A stretch of DNA of 63,574 nt, filler included, from Chiloscyllium plagiosum (GCF_004010195.1; 3 parts of one record of this genome joined end to end with filler, not necessarily neighbours in it); one strand, 5' to 3'. Shown: positions 24,600-38,544, counted from the whole stretch's first letter. A program made the numbers and translations. Notes: generated from the sequence alone by a model not told the origin.

Positions 24600-26305
24600 A
24601 TGTCAGTCAAGAGATCCCCTCTGGCCATTCCCCTCCATAATAAATATACCGCTTTGGATACCGTTTCTGGGGGAAGCGACCTACCAGGGGAAAGCTACAG
24701 TGGCCAGGTCTCTGGCACTGAGCCTGGCTCTGTGGCTCAGAAGGGAAGGGGGGAGAATAGGAGAGCAATCGTGATAGGAGATTCAATGGTTAGAGGAACA
24801 GACAGGAGATCCTATGGTTGCGAAAGAGACTTCCAAGATAGTATTTTGCCTCCTGGTTGCCAGGGTCAGGCATGTCCCGGATCGAGTCTACAGGAAAGGT
24901 AAGCAGCCAGAAATCGGGTACACATCCGTGCCAATGACAGAGGTAGGAAAAGGGATGAGGATCTGAAAAGTGAATATAGGGAGTTAGGTTTGAAGCTAGA
25001 AGGCAGGACGAGCAGAGTAGTAATCTCAGGATTGATATTGGTGACATGGGCTAGTGAGGCTAGGAACAGAGAGTGAGTGCAGCTGAGCACGCGGCTGCTG
25101 AGCTGGTGTAGGAGGGAGGGCTTCAATGTGGATCACTGGGATACCTCTGGGGAAGGTGGGACCTGTACAAGAGAGCTGTAGGGGCACCAATATCCTAGGC
25201 AGCAGGTTTGCAAGAGCGCTTTGGGATGGTTAAGCTATTTTGGCAGGGGGATGGGAACCGGAGCTACGGATCAGAAGATGGGCTAGCTAGTAAACAGGCA
25301 GGTACAGCATCCTGAAAGTCTGTAAGGAAGGACAGAGAGTTGATAGGGCAAAGTTGCAGTCAGTGAGATGGGTTGAAGTGTGTCTACTTTAATGCATGAA
25401 GTGTCAGGAATAAGGGTGATGAACTTGGAGCATGGATCAGTACCTGGAGCTACAATGTTGTGGTCATTACAGAGACTTGGATATCATAGGGGCAGGAATG
25501 GTTGTTGGATGTTCCAGAGTTTAGATGTTTCAAAAAGAATAGGGAGGGAGGTAAAAGAGTTGGTGGAGTGCTAATCAGGAATAGTATCACAGCTGCAGAA
25601 AGGAAGGTCATTGAAGAGGGTTTGTCTACAGAGTCAGTATGGATGGAAGTCAGAAACAGGAAAGGAGCAGTCACATTTTTGGGAGTTTTTTTTAATAGAT
25701 CCCAACAGCAGAGACACGGAGGAGCAGATTGAGGGACAGATTTTGGAAAGGTGCGGAAGTAACAGGGTTGTCGTCATGGGTGAATTTAACTTCCCTAATA
25801 TTGATTAGAACCTGTTTAGTTCAAATAGTTTGGATGGAGCAAATTTTGTCAGTTATGTCCAGGTTAGATTTCTGACTCCTTATGTAAGAACCATAATGGA
25901 TTTGGACTTGGCAACGAAACAGGCAAGGTGTCAGAACTCTTAGTGGGAGAGCATTTTGGTGATAGTTATCACAACTCCCTGACCTTTACTATAGTCATGG
26001 AGAGGAACAGGAGCAGATGGTATGGGAAAGTATTTAATTGGGGGAGGGGGAATGACAATGCTTTTAGGCAAGAACTGTGGAACGTAAATTGGGAGTAGAT
26101 ATTCTCAGGGAAATGCACAACAGAAATGAGGAGGTTGTTTCGGAAGCATTTGCTGATAGTGCTGGATAGATTTGTCCCACTGAGGCAAGGGAGGAATGGT
26201 AGGGTAATGGAACCTTGGATGACAAGTGATGTGGACCATCTAGTCAAGAGAAAGAAGCTTATTTAAGGTTGAGGAAGTAAGGACCAGGCAGAGCTCTAAA
26301 GGGTT
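24600..26305 (+). mobile_element. CR1 ORF1 esterase + ORF2 APE fragment
   Basis: AIVIGDSMVRG (ORF 24600-24902); VVVMGEFNFPNID. Confidence 0.88.
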
Positions 26306-26307
26306 TC

Positions 26308-26445
26308 AATATAAATAGAAAGCAGGAATTATCAACAGTGCTTTGCATGGAGGCCTACTGATGATGTAACCTCGCAGGGTGATGAAACTTCTGGAAATTA
26401 ACCTTCTAGCTCAGCGAGCAAACCTACATCCAGAACATCCAAATA
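26308..26445 (+). mobile_element. Penelope pLTR fragment with hammerhead-like motif
   Basis: CTGATGA-TGTAACC-TCGCAG-GGTGAT-GAAACTTC at 26358-26391; resembles the reverse complement of 19260-19390. Confidence 0.75.
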
Positions 26446-26462
26446 TGTTTTCAAAGAAAGAT

Positions 26463-26767
26463 TCACAGAACCTGCAGTGCAGGAAGAGGCGATTCATCCC
26501 ATCGAGTCTGCACCAATGCCCCAAAGAACATCTTATCCAACCTATCCCATCCCCATAACCCCACATTTACCAAGGCTAATCAAACAAGACACTACAGAGT
26601 AATTTAGCATGGCTAATCTACCTCATCTTTGTTTTGGGAAGAAACCAGACTACCTGGAGCAAAGCTAATCAGATATGGAGAGAACATACAAACTCCACAC
26701 ACACAGTCACACAAAGCTAGAATCAAACCTGGATCTCTGGTTTGGGGATATCATTGCCTTTAGCCAA
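26463..26767 (-). mobile_element. Degenerate HE1-like SINE
   Basis: AATTTAGCATGGCTAATC, GAAACCAGACTACCTGGAG, AAACTCCACAC core remnants. Confidence 0.75.
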
Positions 26768-26799
26768 TTAGATACCAATTGTTTGAGTGAGTGCATTGA

Positions 26800-27300
26800 A
26801 AAGTGACAAATAGAATTCATTCTGGAGAAGGAAGCAGTTATGCATTTGGTGAGGACAAACAATGCAAGAACTATAACAATAAATAGGACAATATTGAAAG
26901 GTATAGAGAAACTGAGAGATCTTGGAGTGCTTGTATACATGTCTCTGAAGGTGGCATGACAGGTAGATATGGTGGTGAAGATGATATACGGGATGTTTTC
27001 CTTCATTGGACAAGATATTGCAATGCTGGAAATATATACACTGGTTTGACCACAGCTAGAGTTTTGTTTATAATTCTGATCACCAAATTACAAGAAGCAC
27101 TTAATAACTCTTAAAAGAATTTCACCAGGTCTTAAAGATTCGAGGGAACATGAGGAGAACTCTTTCACCAGACAATAGTGGGTGATTGGAATTTGCTGTC
27201 TAATTTGCTGGTTAAGGTGGAAACCCTCAAATCATTTACAAAGAATCTGGAGCCTGATAACCTGTGCTGTTAAATGAGAGTAGAATCGCTAGCTAATTTA
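26800..27300 (+). mobile_element. Old CR1 RT C-terminal fragment
   Basis: AGAGATCTTGGAGTG...TCTCTGAAGGTGGCA similarity to other CR1 copies. Confidence 0.7.
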
Positions 27301-27713
27301 ATCAGCCACACAAATCGATAGGCAGGAAGGCTCAGCTTCCTATCCTGCCTAAGAAATTGACTCCAGCTTGTGCCTTCATGATTACCAAGCAGTATATGTT
27401 AAATTGTAATCCTATTGGACAAAGCAGGCTACACATTACAAAAAAAAAGTTAAGTGCAAGGAATCTGCCAGAGCTAGGAATAGGACATTAGCTGTGGATT
27501 GTGGATTTAAACAGAAAATGTATGACTATGAGTACGTGATGATCAGACATTGTCTGTACTGCTGAAGAGGCTGTACAAAGGAAACACAGGAAGTCTACCT
27601 CATAATGGTCAAGACATCCACAATAATTATTGGGATAAAATGAATGGTGAACCTAGGAACAGAGGGGAACTGAATACATCAGACTGTCGACAAGGCAGTC
27701 CAAATCAGCTACA

Positions 27714-27848
27714 CGGCTGCAAATTTTATCTCTCCACCCTGGAGGCTTTCTGCCTCTATTCCTGATGAAGGGCTTTTGCCCAAAACATTGATTTTCCTGC
27801 TCCTCAGATGCTGCCTGACCTGCTGTGCTTTTCCAGCACCACTCTGAC
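27714..27848 (+). mobile_element. Penelope pLTR-derived mini element with hammerhead-like motif
   Basis: 14-bp TSD CCAAATCAGCTACA (27700-27713, 27849-27862); CTGATGA-AGGGC-TTTT-GCCC-AAAAC at 27762-27786. Confidence 0.85.
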
Positions 27849-29119
27849 CCAAATCAGCTACAGTCTACTTAACAAACTACCAGTCTTCCAAGTCTGAGGA
27901 AAACACATTCAGGGAGAATTGTGAAACCTCCAGATCATCTGAATTTGTAAAAGTCAAAGACCTGGGGAAATTTGGGGTTATGGAGATGGGAAGAGAGGTG
28001 AAAACAATTGTATAACTATCATGTTTTATATGGGTTTGAAAGGTTTAAAACTTGATTGAGTGTAGTAAGTACCACCTACTGTGCTATGACACAGTGCCTT
28101 AGCTTGGGAAGAGGAGGAGCTTGGCAGAGACAAACCTGGGGCTCGACTCTGCACTAATGTAGTTTATATTTATGTTATGTGTAAATAGCTGCACAAATGC
28201 AACAAATTTTGTACTGTTTACTCAAAGCACTCCTAGTTAGAAAAGGCAGATAGTCTAACACATGCTAAAGCATTTCAGGGGATGAAAGGAACTCAACACG
28301 ACAATGATTAGAATTAAGAACTTCTTTTAAAAGTACATGCACAAAACCTCAAAAGATTTTAACAACATATCTGATTCATTAAACTATTTCTTACCAAGAA
28401 TGGTAAGATATTACAATTGTTCAGATGAAAATTTCCTGTCAAAAAAATATAAGATTTATAGATAAAGCAATTTTGTAATATGTATTATTTAAAGGTTGTT
28501 GAAATTAATCCAGTCTGTGTTCAGTGAAATTCGGAGGATTCAAGGATAACACAAATGTGACATTTTAGCTCTTTCATACGGAACACTTGCCAGAGTTTCA
28601 GATCAAACATAATCCAAAAAGTTAGCCATTTCTCATGGTAGCTCTCTCAAGAACTTATGCACGTGTTATTAATTAGTGAATTCCTGTAGGAAAGGCAGAT
28701 TTGGCAGATCATCATGTGGAGGCAACTTTCTTTTGCTCAGAAAGAACCATATGTAACTTTGCTGGTAAAATGTAGTGGACAGAAGAATTTAAAAAGAAAA
28801 TCAAGAAAACTAGGACTTTATTGGAAATTTATAGTCTTAAGTCATGCAGCTCAAAAAGGGCCCTTCGGCCAAAGAAATCTTCACCAACAATAACTAATTC
28901 TAATGGTATGATAATCGCAATTTCCTCCACGCGTCATATATCCTTTAATATTATGATATTTCAAGTGCTCATCCAAATATCTTTCAAAGATTTTAAGATT
29001 TTCAGCCTCCGCTACCCTCCTAGGAAGTGCATTCCAGATTTCCAACACTGAGTGAAAAAGTTCTTTTCACAAATATTTTGCCGCTTACTCTAAAGCTATG
29101 CCGAAAGGTGCTCCCTACT

Positions 29120-30117
29120 CACCAGAGAGCTAAGAAGAGCCAGGAGGGGACATGAGAAGTCGTTGGAGGACAGGATCAAGAAAAATCCTAAGGCTTTCTA
29201 TTGGTACATCAGGAATAAAAGAATTACGAGAGTAAGATTAGCACCAATAAGGATAGTAGTGGGAGGTTGTGTGTGGAGTCAGCCGAGATAGGGAAAGTGC
29301 TAAAATAATACTTTTTGTCAGTATTTGCATGGGAAAAAACAATGTGGTCGAGGAGAATACTGAGTTGCAGGCTACTAGACTAGACAGGATTGAAGTGCAT
29401 AAGGAGGAGGTGATAGCAATTCTGGAAAGTATAAAAATAGATAAGTCCTCTGGACCAGATATGATTTATCCTAGGAATCTCTGGGAAACCAGGAGGGGAT
29501 TACTGAGCCGTTGGCTTTGATCTTTATGCCATTATTGTCTACAGGAACAGTGCTAGAAGATGGGAGAATGGCAAATGTTGTTCCCTTGTTCAAGAAGGGG
29601 AGGAGCGACAACCCTGGAAATAATAGACCTGTGATCCTTACTTCGATTGTGGTGAAGTGTTGGAATGGGTTATAAGAGATAGGATTTATAATCATCTAGA
29701 AAGGAATAAGTTGATTAGGGATAGTCAACACGGTTTTGTGAAGGGTAAGTTGTGTCTCACAAACCTTATTGAGTTCTTTCAGATGGTGACCAAACAGGTG
29801 GATGAGGGTAATATCGTTGATGTGGTGTATATGGATTTCAGTAAGGCGTTTGATAAGTCCCCATGGTAGGCTATTGCACAAAATGCGGAGGCATGAGATG
29901 GAGGGTGATTTAGCAGTTCGGATCTGAAATTGGCTACCTAAAAGACAGAGGGTGGTGGTTGATGGGAAATAGTTATCCTCGTGTTCAGTTATGTGTGGCG
30001 TACTGCAAGAATCTGTTTGGGGTCCACTGTTGTTTGTTATTTTTATAAATGATCTTGATGAGGGCGTAGAAGCGTGGGTTAGTAAATTTGTGGATGACAC
30101 TAAGGTCGGTAGAGTTG
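29120..30117 (+). mobile_element. CR1 RT fragment
   Basis: QHGFVKGKLCLTNLIEFF..DVVYMDFSKAFDK (ORF 29657-29869). Confidence 0.9.
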
Positions 30118-30257
30118 AAATGTGCAACTCCAGCCAATGTGCAAATGCAGCAGACTTGGAATAAGAACCACACTACTCCCATTTTTAGAACAATTTGTTT
30201 ATTGGTTTTGAGTGGTGCTAGCCCAGCCAGCAATTACCCTGGTTATCATTAATAACT

Positions 30258-30472
30258 AGGAGAGAGAGAGGACTGCAGATGCTGGAGAGTCAGAGTTCAT
30301 AATGCTTGACACTGGAAAAAGCACAACAGGTCAGGCAGCATGTGAAGAGCAAGAGAGTTGACATTGCTGGCAAGACCCTTCTTCAGGTCTGGAAGAAGGG
30401 TGCTGCCTGAAACGTAGACTCTCTTGCTCTTCGGATATTGCCTGACCTGCTGTGCTTTATACAGCGCCACGC
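30258..30472. mobile_element. Palindromic Penelope pLTR pair (hairpin element)
   Basis: Arms ~30312-30387 and ~30390-30465 are reverse complements centred on CCCTTCTTCAGG-TCT-GGAAGAAGGG. Confidence 0.8.
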
Positions 30473-30624
30473 TTTTTTGAAGTGCAAGATCAAAATGGGG
30501 TGGAGATTGAGGATCAGGGTTATCTTAACAAGTAAAGACAAGAACAACTAAACAGATGATCCCTATTTTTATGACTAACACATCAATCTGCCCCATAAAC
30601 ACAAACAGTGGTTTTAGTAACAAA

Positions 30625-31400
30625 GTTATTTTTTGAATTGGTTTATTATTGTTACATGTACTGATATACAATGAAAAGTATTGTTTTGCGTGCTATCCAA
30701 ACAAATCATACACAAGTACATCAGCTTAATAGAACAGAATGCAGAATATAGAAATATAGCTACAGAAAAGATGCAGAGAAAGATTAACTTTGATATGAGA
30801 AGTCTATTCATAAGTCTGGTAACAGTGAAACAAAAGTTGTTCCTGAATATATTGACTCATGTTTTCAAACATTTTGTATTTTCTGCTCGACAGAAGACAA
30901 TTTGAGTGAGTATAACCAGGATTGTAGGGATCTTTAATTACATTAGCTGCTTTCCTGAGGCAGCAGGAAGTGTAGACAAAGTTAATGTAAGAAAGGTGGG
31001 TTTGCGTGATAGACTGCATTCACAGCTGTCTTAACTCTTGTAGAGTAGTTGCCATACCATGATGTGACACATTGAGATAGGACTCTTTCTATGGTACTTC
31101 GATAAAAATTAGTAAAAGTCATTGTGGACATGCTGAATTTCCTAAGAATTCTGAGGAAGTAAAGTTATTGCTGTGTTTTCTTGACTATAGCATTGATTTG
31201 GACCAGGATAAGTTGTTGGTGATATTTATTCTGAGGAACTTGAAGGTCTTGATCATCTCCACCTCAGCACCATTGATACACAGTTGCCTGTTCACCACTC
31301 TGCTTTCCGAAGTCAATAACCAGTTCCTTCATTTTGCTGACACTGGGACTGTTGTCTTACACTAAATTCTCTATCTTTTTTCTGTACTCTGATTGTTGGT
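30625..31400 (-). mobile_element. Rex1 3' fragment
   Basis: YTSCCLRKAANVIKDPYNPGY (ORF 30804-31019), similar to 18700-19050. Confidence 0.8.
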
Positions 31401-31407
31401 GTTTGAG

Positions 31408-31593
31408 ATAGAACATAGAACATAGAAGAATACAGCGCAGTACAGGCCCTTCGGCCCTCGATATTGCGCCGATCCAAGCCCACCTAACCTACACTAGCCC
31501 ACTATCCTCCATATGCCTATCCAATGCCCGCTTAAATGCCCATAATGAGGGAGAGTCCACCACTGCCACTGGCAGAGCATTCCATGAACTCAC
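31408..31593 (-). mobile_element. Young CR1-type 3' end with (TTCTATG)n tail
   Basis: Reverse complement of the family at 40490-40702. Confidence 0.85.
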
Positions 31594-31693
31594 NNNNNNN
31601 NNNNNNNNNNNNNNNNNNNNNNNNNNNNNNNNNNNNNTTAATTAATTAANNNNNNNNNNNNNNNNNNNNNNNNNNNNNNNNNNNNNNNNNNNN
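31594..31693. other. Artificial scaffold linker 44N-TTAATTAATTAA-44N
   Basis: Exactly 100 nt with a six-frame-stop 12-mer; repeated at 40390-40489. Confidence 0.95.
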
Positions 31694-34030
31694 TTCCTTC
31701 TTTTTCTTAACCAAACCCTCAGTTTCTTTAGTCATCCAGCATTCCCTTTGCCTACCAGCCTTCCCTTTCACCCTGACAGGAATATATTTTCTCTGGATTC
31801 TTGTTATCTCATTTTTGAAGACTTCCCATTTTCCAGCTGTCCCTTTACCTGCGAACATCTGCCTCCAATCAGCTTTCGAAAATTCTCGCCTAATACCGTC
31901 AAAATTGGCCTTGCTCCAATTTAGAACTTCAACTTTTAGATCTGGTCTATCCTTTTCCATCACTATTTTAAAATGAATAGAATTATGGTTGCTGGCCCCA
32001 AAGTGCTCCCCCACTGATACCTCAGTCATTTGCCCTGCCTTATTTCCAAGAATAGGTCAAGTTTTGCACCTTCTCTAGTAGGTACATCCACATACTGAAT
32101 CAGAAAATTGTCTTGTATGCACTTAAGAAATTCCTCTCCATCGAAACCTTTAACACTATGGCAGTCCCAGTCGATGTTGGAAAGTTAAAATCCCTACCAT
32201 AATCACCCTATTATTCTTACAGATAACTGAGATCTACTGACACGTTTGTTTCTCAATTGCCCTCTGACTATTAGGGAGTCTATAATACAATCCCAATAAG
32301 GTGATCATCCCTTTCTTATTTCTCAATTCCACCCAAATAACTTCCCTGGACGTATTTCCGGGAATATCCTCCCTCAGCACAGCTGTAATGCTATCCCTTA
32401 TCAAAAATGCCATTCCCCCTCCTCTCTTGCCTCCCTTTCTATCCTTCCTGTAGCATTTGTATCCTGGAACATTAAGCTGCCAGTCCTGCCAATCCCTAAG
32501 CCATGTTTCTGTAATTGCTATGATATCCCAGTCCCATGTTTCTAACCATGCCCTGAGTTCATCTGCCTTTCCCTGTTAGGTCTCTTGCATTAAAATAAAT
32601 GCAGTTTAATTTATTAATCATACCTTGTCCCCGCCTGCCCTGACTGTTTGATTCACTTCAGTTCTCAGCTGTACCCATCTCAGTTCGATCTCTTTCCTAA
32701 CTATCTCCCTGGGTCCCACTCCCCCACCTTACTAGTTTAAATCCTCCCAAGCAGTTCTAGCAAATTTCCCTGCCAGTATATTAGTCCCCTTCCAATTTAG
32801 GTGCAATCCGTCCTTCTTGTACAGGTCACTTCTATCCCAAATGAGATTCCAATGGTCCAAAAATGTGAATCCTTCTCCTCAGCCATGCATTCATCTGCTC
32901 TATCCTCCTATTCCTGCCCTCACTAGCTCGTCGCACTGGGAGTAATCCAGATATTACTACCCTTGCAGATCTCCTTTTTAAATGTCTGCCGAACTCTCTG
33001 TAATCTCCCTTCAGAATCTCAACCTTTCCCCTTCCCATGTTGTTGGTTCCAATGTGGACAATGACCTCTTGCTGGCCCCTCTCCCCCGTGAGAACATTCT
33101 GCATCCTCTCTGAGACATCCTTGATCCTAGCACCAAGGAAACAACACACCATTCTGCTTTTTCTCTGCTGGCCACAGAAACATCTGCCTGTACCTCGGAC
33201 TACAGAATCCCCTAACACAATTGATCTCTTGGAAGCCGACGTACCCCTTGTTGCATTAGAGCCAGTCTCAATACCAGAAACTTGGCTCTTCGTGCTACGT
33301 TCCCTTGAGAATCCATCATTCCCTACATTTTCCAAACCAGCATACCTGTTTGAAATGGGTATATCCACAAAAGACTCCTGCCCTAGGTACCTACCTCTCT
33401 TACCCTTCCTGGAGTTGTCCCATCTACGTGATTGTATCTGAGACTTCCCCCCTTCCTATAACTGCCATCCATCACATACTGTTGCTGTTGCAAATTCCTC
33501 ATCGCTTCTATCTGTCTCTCCAACCAATCCACTTGATCTGATAAGATTCGCATCCAACAGCATTTATGGCAGATATAATCCACAGTAACCCTTAAACTTT
33601 CTTTAAACTCCCACACCTGACAAGAAGTGCATCTCACTGCAAAGGCCATTTTTGCCCCTTCACCAGAAAATAACACTGTCTTATTCCTCTACAAAATATT
33701 GTACTGGGTTAAATTAATAGCTGTGGCTTATATTTTAAGTTTAATCAAGAGACTTATCTCCAAAATCACATAATCAAGAAAGAACCCACTGTACTCACTA
33801 ACACAGCCTTTCTCTTGGACAGACTTAAAAAAACAATTAACTTATCTGATTCTGTGTTGTGAACTTCGCCCAAACCGGTTCCTCCAAGATTAGTTGTGAA
33901 ATTCACTGTTTGTTAATTTTTCCAGATACACTCCGAAGTCCAGCGACACATGAATTCAAAAACAGCAAAGGCAGTAACTGTGCAGGTCCTCTCTCCCTCT
34001 CTCTCTCTCTCTCTCTCCTGCACTGTCCTC
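31694..34030 (-). mobile_element. CR1 5' half (5' UTR, ORF1, APE), same family as 7021-13181
   Basis: ORFs 33383-33676 (CTSC...CHKC), 32832-33368 (esterase) and 31646-32029. Confidence 0.93.
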
Positions 34031-34430
34031 ATCTCTGCAGCAAAGATATTTCATATGAGAAAGGTGCATTTCAGAGAGAGGGTCTGCGAACAGTGTATCA
34101 ATGGCAATAGATGCTCTTTATCTCTGGCCAACTGTCCAAAATGCCTGCTTTTTATACCCCAAAACATTGGAGCATCTCATTGTTTTGATATTGTCAAAAT
34201 ACTAAAATTCAAATTTGATTGGGTTTTAGTATTTTTGGGCATAATTTTAACTGATTTGTTGAATTTGAATAGTTATGAAAACAACTCATTATCTGATGTA
34301 CAGCTCAAATGTTAAATCTTCAAGTTGTCCAGTACACTTTGTGCCTGCAGTCAGTCACATGACAGATGCTTGCCAGCTTTTCAACTTTCACACTCTCAAA
34401 GGTACAATACACACCTTCAACTCCACAACA
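34031..34430 (-). repeat. 3' LTR (partial) of Gmr1-like element
   Basis: Begins TGTTGT right after PPT-like AAGTGGGATGG (34431-34441); TATAAAAA at 34149-34156. Confidence 0.7.
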
Positions 34431-36411
34431 CCATCCCACTTAAAAAAAACTGTCATTATGAAAAGATGACTTCATTTTTTTCTATTTCTTAACCACATTA
34501 CCATGACATGCATAGCTCATTAATCCAAGTTCATATTAACTTCTGCACAAAAATGATAGATATCTATTTAATCTTATCTACACTTTATCCACTAAAGCAG
34601 TGATAACGCATCTGCTATTACATTCTTATGACCCGCAACATGAACGACTTGTAAATTTAAAGTCTGCAACATAAAACCCCAACAAAATACTCTCAAGAAT
34701 GTAAGAGGATTGTGATCAGTGTACGCAGCCATCTCTGACATATTGTTCGTGGCATAAACATAAAAATATTGTAAGGTCAGTACCAAACTCAATAATTCTT
34801 TTTCGATCGTAAAGTATTTTCTTTGGTAGGTGTTGAGTTTCTTTGAAAAGTAACCAGCTGGCAGTTCAATTCCATCATTATCTTCCTGTAGTAGTACAGC
34901 TCCAACTCCTATGTCACTGGCATCGATGGCATCTTTGAAGGGTTTCAAAAAGTTTGGTGTAGTTAAAACTGGTGCATGGTTAATACTGCTTTTAAATTGT
35001 CAAATGCCTCTGGCATTATCCTGTCTACAGAAATTTTGTGTTCTTCTTCAACAAATCTGTTAACAGTGCCACTACACTGCTGAACTTTGGAACCAACTTC
35101 AGGTAGAATCTGCTTAGTCCCAAAAATCGAAGCACCTTTTTCTTCAAGGTTAGTTGTGAAAATTCCTTGATGGCCTTTGTCTTTGCATTTCTTGGTGTCC
35201 CAAGAACGTCACCTCTGCTTTCGCAAATTCAGTTTTGTTTAAGTTTATTACCAGTTTTGCTTCTCTTAATCATTTGAAGAGCTTTGTCAACTGTACCTTG
35301 TGATCTTTCCAGGACTCACTAAAGATCACCACATCATCCAAATGGACTACACAGTTTGTTAACCCAGCCACAATTCTGTTCATGAGTCTTTGGAATGTGG
35401 CGGGTGCGTTCTTCATTCCAAAGGGCATCATTTTGAATTGATATAGCCCACTTGCAGAAATTTATTTTGCTTTCTCTGACAAAGGTACTGCCAATAACTA
35501 CACAATAATTCCAACTTTGTGATGTAATTGGCTCGTCTAACTTTCTCCATACAGTCCTCCAATCTCAGTATAGGGTAGGAGTCCAATTTTACTGTTGTGT
35601 TCACCTTCTGATAGTCTGCGCAAAATTGTTGAGTCCCGTCAGGTTTGGGAACAAATACGATTGGCAAACTCCATTCACTCTGACTCGGCTCGATGATATC
35701 TTTGTTGAGCATTGCCTCCACTTCCTTCTGAACCTGTCTGGCTTTGACCAACACCCTATGGGGTGTTGTTTTATGGGAACAGCGTTCCCTACATGCACCT
35801 CATGCACACTAGCATTAGTCCTCCTCATCCTATTCCTGCATATGTCCTCATACTGCTGTTACAAAGCTTTCAACTGCGTTCTTTGCTCCTGAGGCAGAAA
35901 GTTTACTAACCTATCCCATGCCTCAAGGACTTCCTCATTATTTAATGTATTTTCAGCTATGCCAAATTCCACATCTGGATTTGATTCCTCACTCTGTGGG
36001 GCAGTAAAAAACAGCTGTTTCTCCAGTTCCTTCTCCCTATTATAATAACATTTCAACATATTCATATCACATACCCAATACAGTTTCTTTCTATCTGGCA
36101 TCTTTACTAGATAGTTCACCTGACTCAACTTTTTTCTCAGCTTGACACGGACCAATAAACCTGACTTTGAAGGGATCTCCTATCACTGCTAACAATAATA
36201 ATACTTCATTCCCATGGGAAAACGTATGAATCTCAGAGTTTTTAATCTGCCACTTGCTTCATTCCATGCTCTGTTCTCTTCAGGTGCTGTTTAGCTAACT
36301 CACCTACCTGATTTAATCTCTCCGTCATCTCCAATATATAATGCAAGTGAAGGATCTCCAACTTCAGCCCTGTCAATTTCTCTTTAATTAATTTCAAAGG
36401 CCCTCTCACTT

Positions 36412-37072
36412 CAGATTACAATGGGAGCTTGATCAGATGGGCCAGTGGGCTGAGGAGTAGCAGATGGANNNNNNNNNNNNNNNNNNNNNNNNNNNNNNNN
36501 NNNNNNNNNNNNNNNNNNNNNNNNNNNNNNNNNNNNNNNNNNNNNNNNNNNNNNNNNNNNNNNNNNNNNNNNNNNNNNNNNNNNNNNNNNNNNNNNNNNN
36601 NNNNNNNNNNNNNNNNNNNNNNNNNNNNNNNNNNNNNNNNAAGTTGAATAGGTTGGGGCTGTTTTCCCTGCAGCATGGGAGGCTAAGAGGTGACCTTATA
36701 AAGGTTTATAAAATCATGAGGGGCATGGATAGGATAAATGGACAAAGTCTCTCTCCTGGCATGGGGGAGTCCAGAACTAGAGGGCATAGGTTTAGGGTGA
36801 GAGGGGAAAGATATAAAAGGGACCTAAGGGCCAACGTTTTCACACAAAGTGGTGTGTGTATGGAATGAGCTGCCAGAGGAAATAGTGGAGGCTCAGACAA
36901 TTGCAAATTTTAAAAGGCAGCTGGATGGGTAAATGAATAGGAAGGGTTTAAAGGGATATGGGCTGGGTGCTGGCAGGTGGGACTAGATTGGGTTAGGATA
37001 TCTGGTCGGCATGGATGAGTTGGAGTGAAGGGTCTGCTTCCGTGCCGTACATCTCTATGACTCTATGATTCT
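36412..37072 (+). mobile_element. CR1 3' fragment (with gap 36469-36640) inserted in the LTR-element integrase
   Basis: RLRGDLIKVYKIMRG; (CTCTATGA)n tail; splits the integrase motif FELIFRH/EVRGPL. Confidence 0.9.
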
Positions 37073-38544
37073 ATGTCTGAATATTAGCTCAAAGGGAGTA
37101 GACTGAGTAGATTTATTTGGGGCATCTCTAATGGCAAACAATATAAGTGCAATATCTTTATCCAATCATTTGAGTAATCCTGACAGTATGCTCTTAACGT
37201 GGTCTTCAGGGTCTGGTGCCACCTTTCTAAAGCTTCCTGGGATCCTGGATGACATGCACTGGATTTAAAGTGCTGAAGACCTAAGCTATCCATGACTTTC
37301 TGAAACAGCCTTGCAGCAAAATTAGACCCTTGGTGTGACTGAAACTCTCCGGTAGCCCATACTGAGTGAAGAAAGCTACTAATTCCTCTACCACCCTGTT
37401 TGCCTCCGGAAATCTGATGGACACATCCATTATGATTAACAAGTACTGATTCCCGCTTTTTGTTTTTGGGAAGGGACCTACACAACCAATCATAACCTGC
37501 GTGAAAGGTTCTTCGAATGTGGGGATATGGTGACAAAGGTGCTGGCTTTAATGTTGCCTGTGGCTTACCTACCATGACATGTACGACAAAAGGAAATCAC
37601 ATCTTTGTACATTCTAGGCCAATAGAAATGTTTTTATAGTTTAGCCTGCGTTTTTCGTACCCCTAGGTGACCTCCTACAGGTAGTTCATGTGCTACCCGT
37701 GACACTTCCTGTCTCTATACTACCGGCAACATAATCTGGTGCACTTCTGCCCATTTCTCCTCTGCACTAACCTGCCGTGATCACCATTTTCATCTTAGTG
37801 TTCTATCTTTCAGATAATAACCCTCAGGTATATTCTCAGCCTCCTTTTCTGAGTACACATCAACATACATATCTTTTATTGTCTCATCTTTCTGTTACAA
37901 GTCCATTAGCCTTTCAGGACTAAACACTTCTATCTGACCCTCTGCCTGTTCAGGTTTTTCCTGCACCATTACATCAAGCAGGGTGTCCGCTAACGAAACC
38001 TCTGCTGCTTGATCTTTCTCTTTAGTTTTTGCTTCGTGCTGTGACTTTTAAAGTGGGATCTTGTTACTACACCATCTAGGGTATTTTCTTTTAACTCCTC
38101 AGTTCCCTGTTATTCCATGGCTTCTCCACAAACACCTTGGATCCGGCTAAATCGTTCCAAAGAACAAACTGGATTCCTGGAACTGGCACTTTGTCAATTA
38201 ATCCCACTGTTACTTCCCCAGTCCTGAGTTGGCACGCCAACCTAATCTTATGTAGAGGAACACTAAATTTCTGTCCACCTATCCCACAAATTACCACTCT
38301 TTCGGGTAACAGATCAGAAAGAGTGCAAATTCACTATCTCTTACTATTAGAGATGGTTAGATACTGTGTCTCTCAAAATTTTAACTTCTTTCCCTTCTCC
38401 CCCTGTTCTTTCTGAGTAAACTTTATTCACAGAGGCAAATTCTTTATAGAGATGAGGCACTAACTCCATATCCAGCCATGTACTCACCTGCAGCTCCTCG
38501 ATTTTTGTTGGGGTTTCCATGACTACTTTTAATATGTCAATGGC

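Noticed and set aside
31638..31649. TTAATTAATTAA palindrome as a biological site
   Set aside because: Centred in exactly 44+44 Ns twice; it is a scaffolding linker.
36416..36868. ORFs with X runs
   Set aside because: Gap artefacts within a CR1 fragment.
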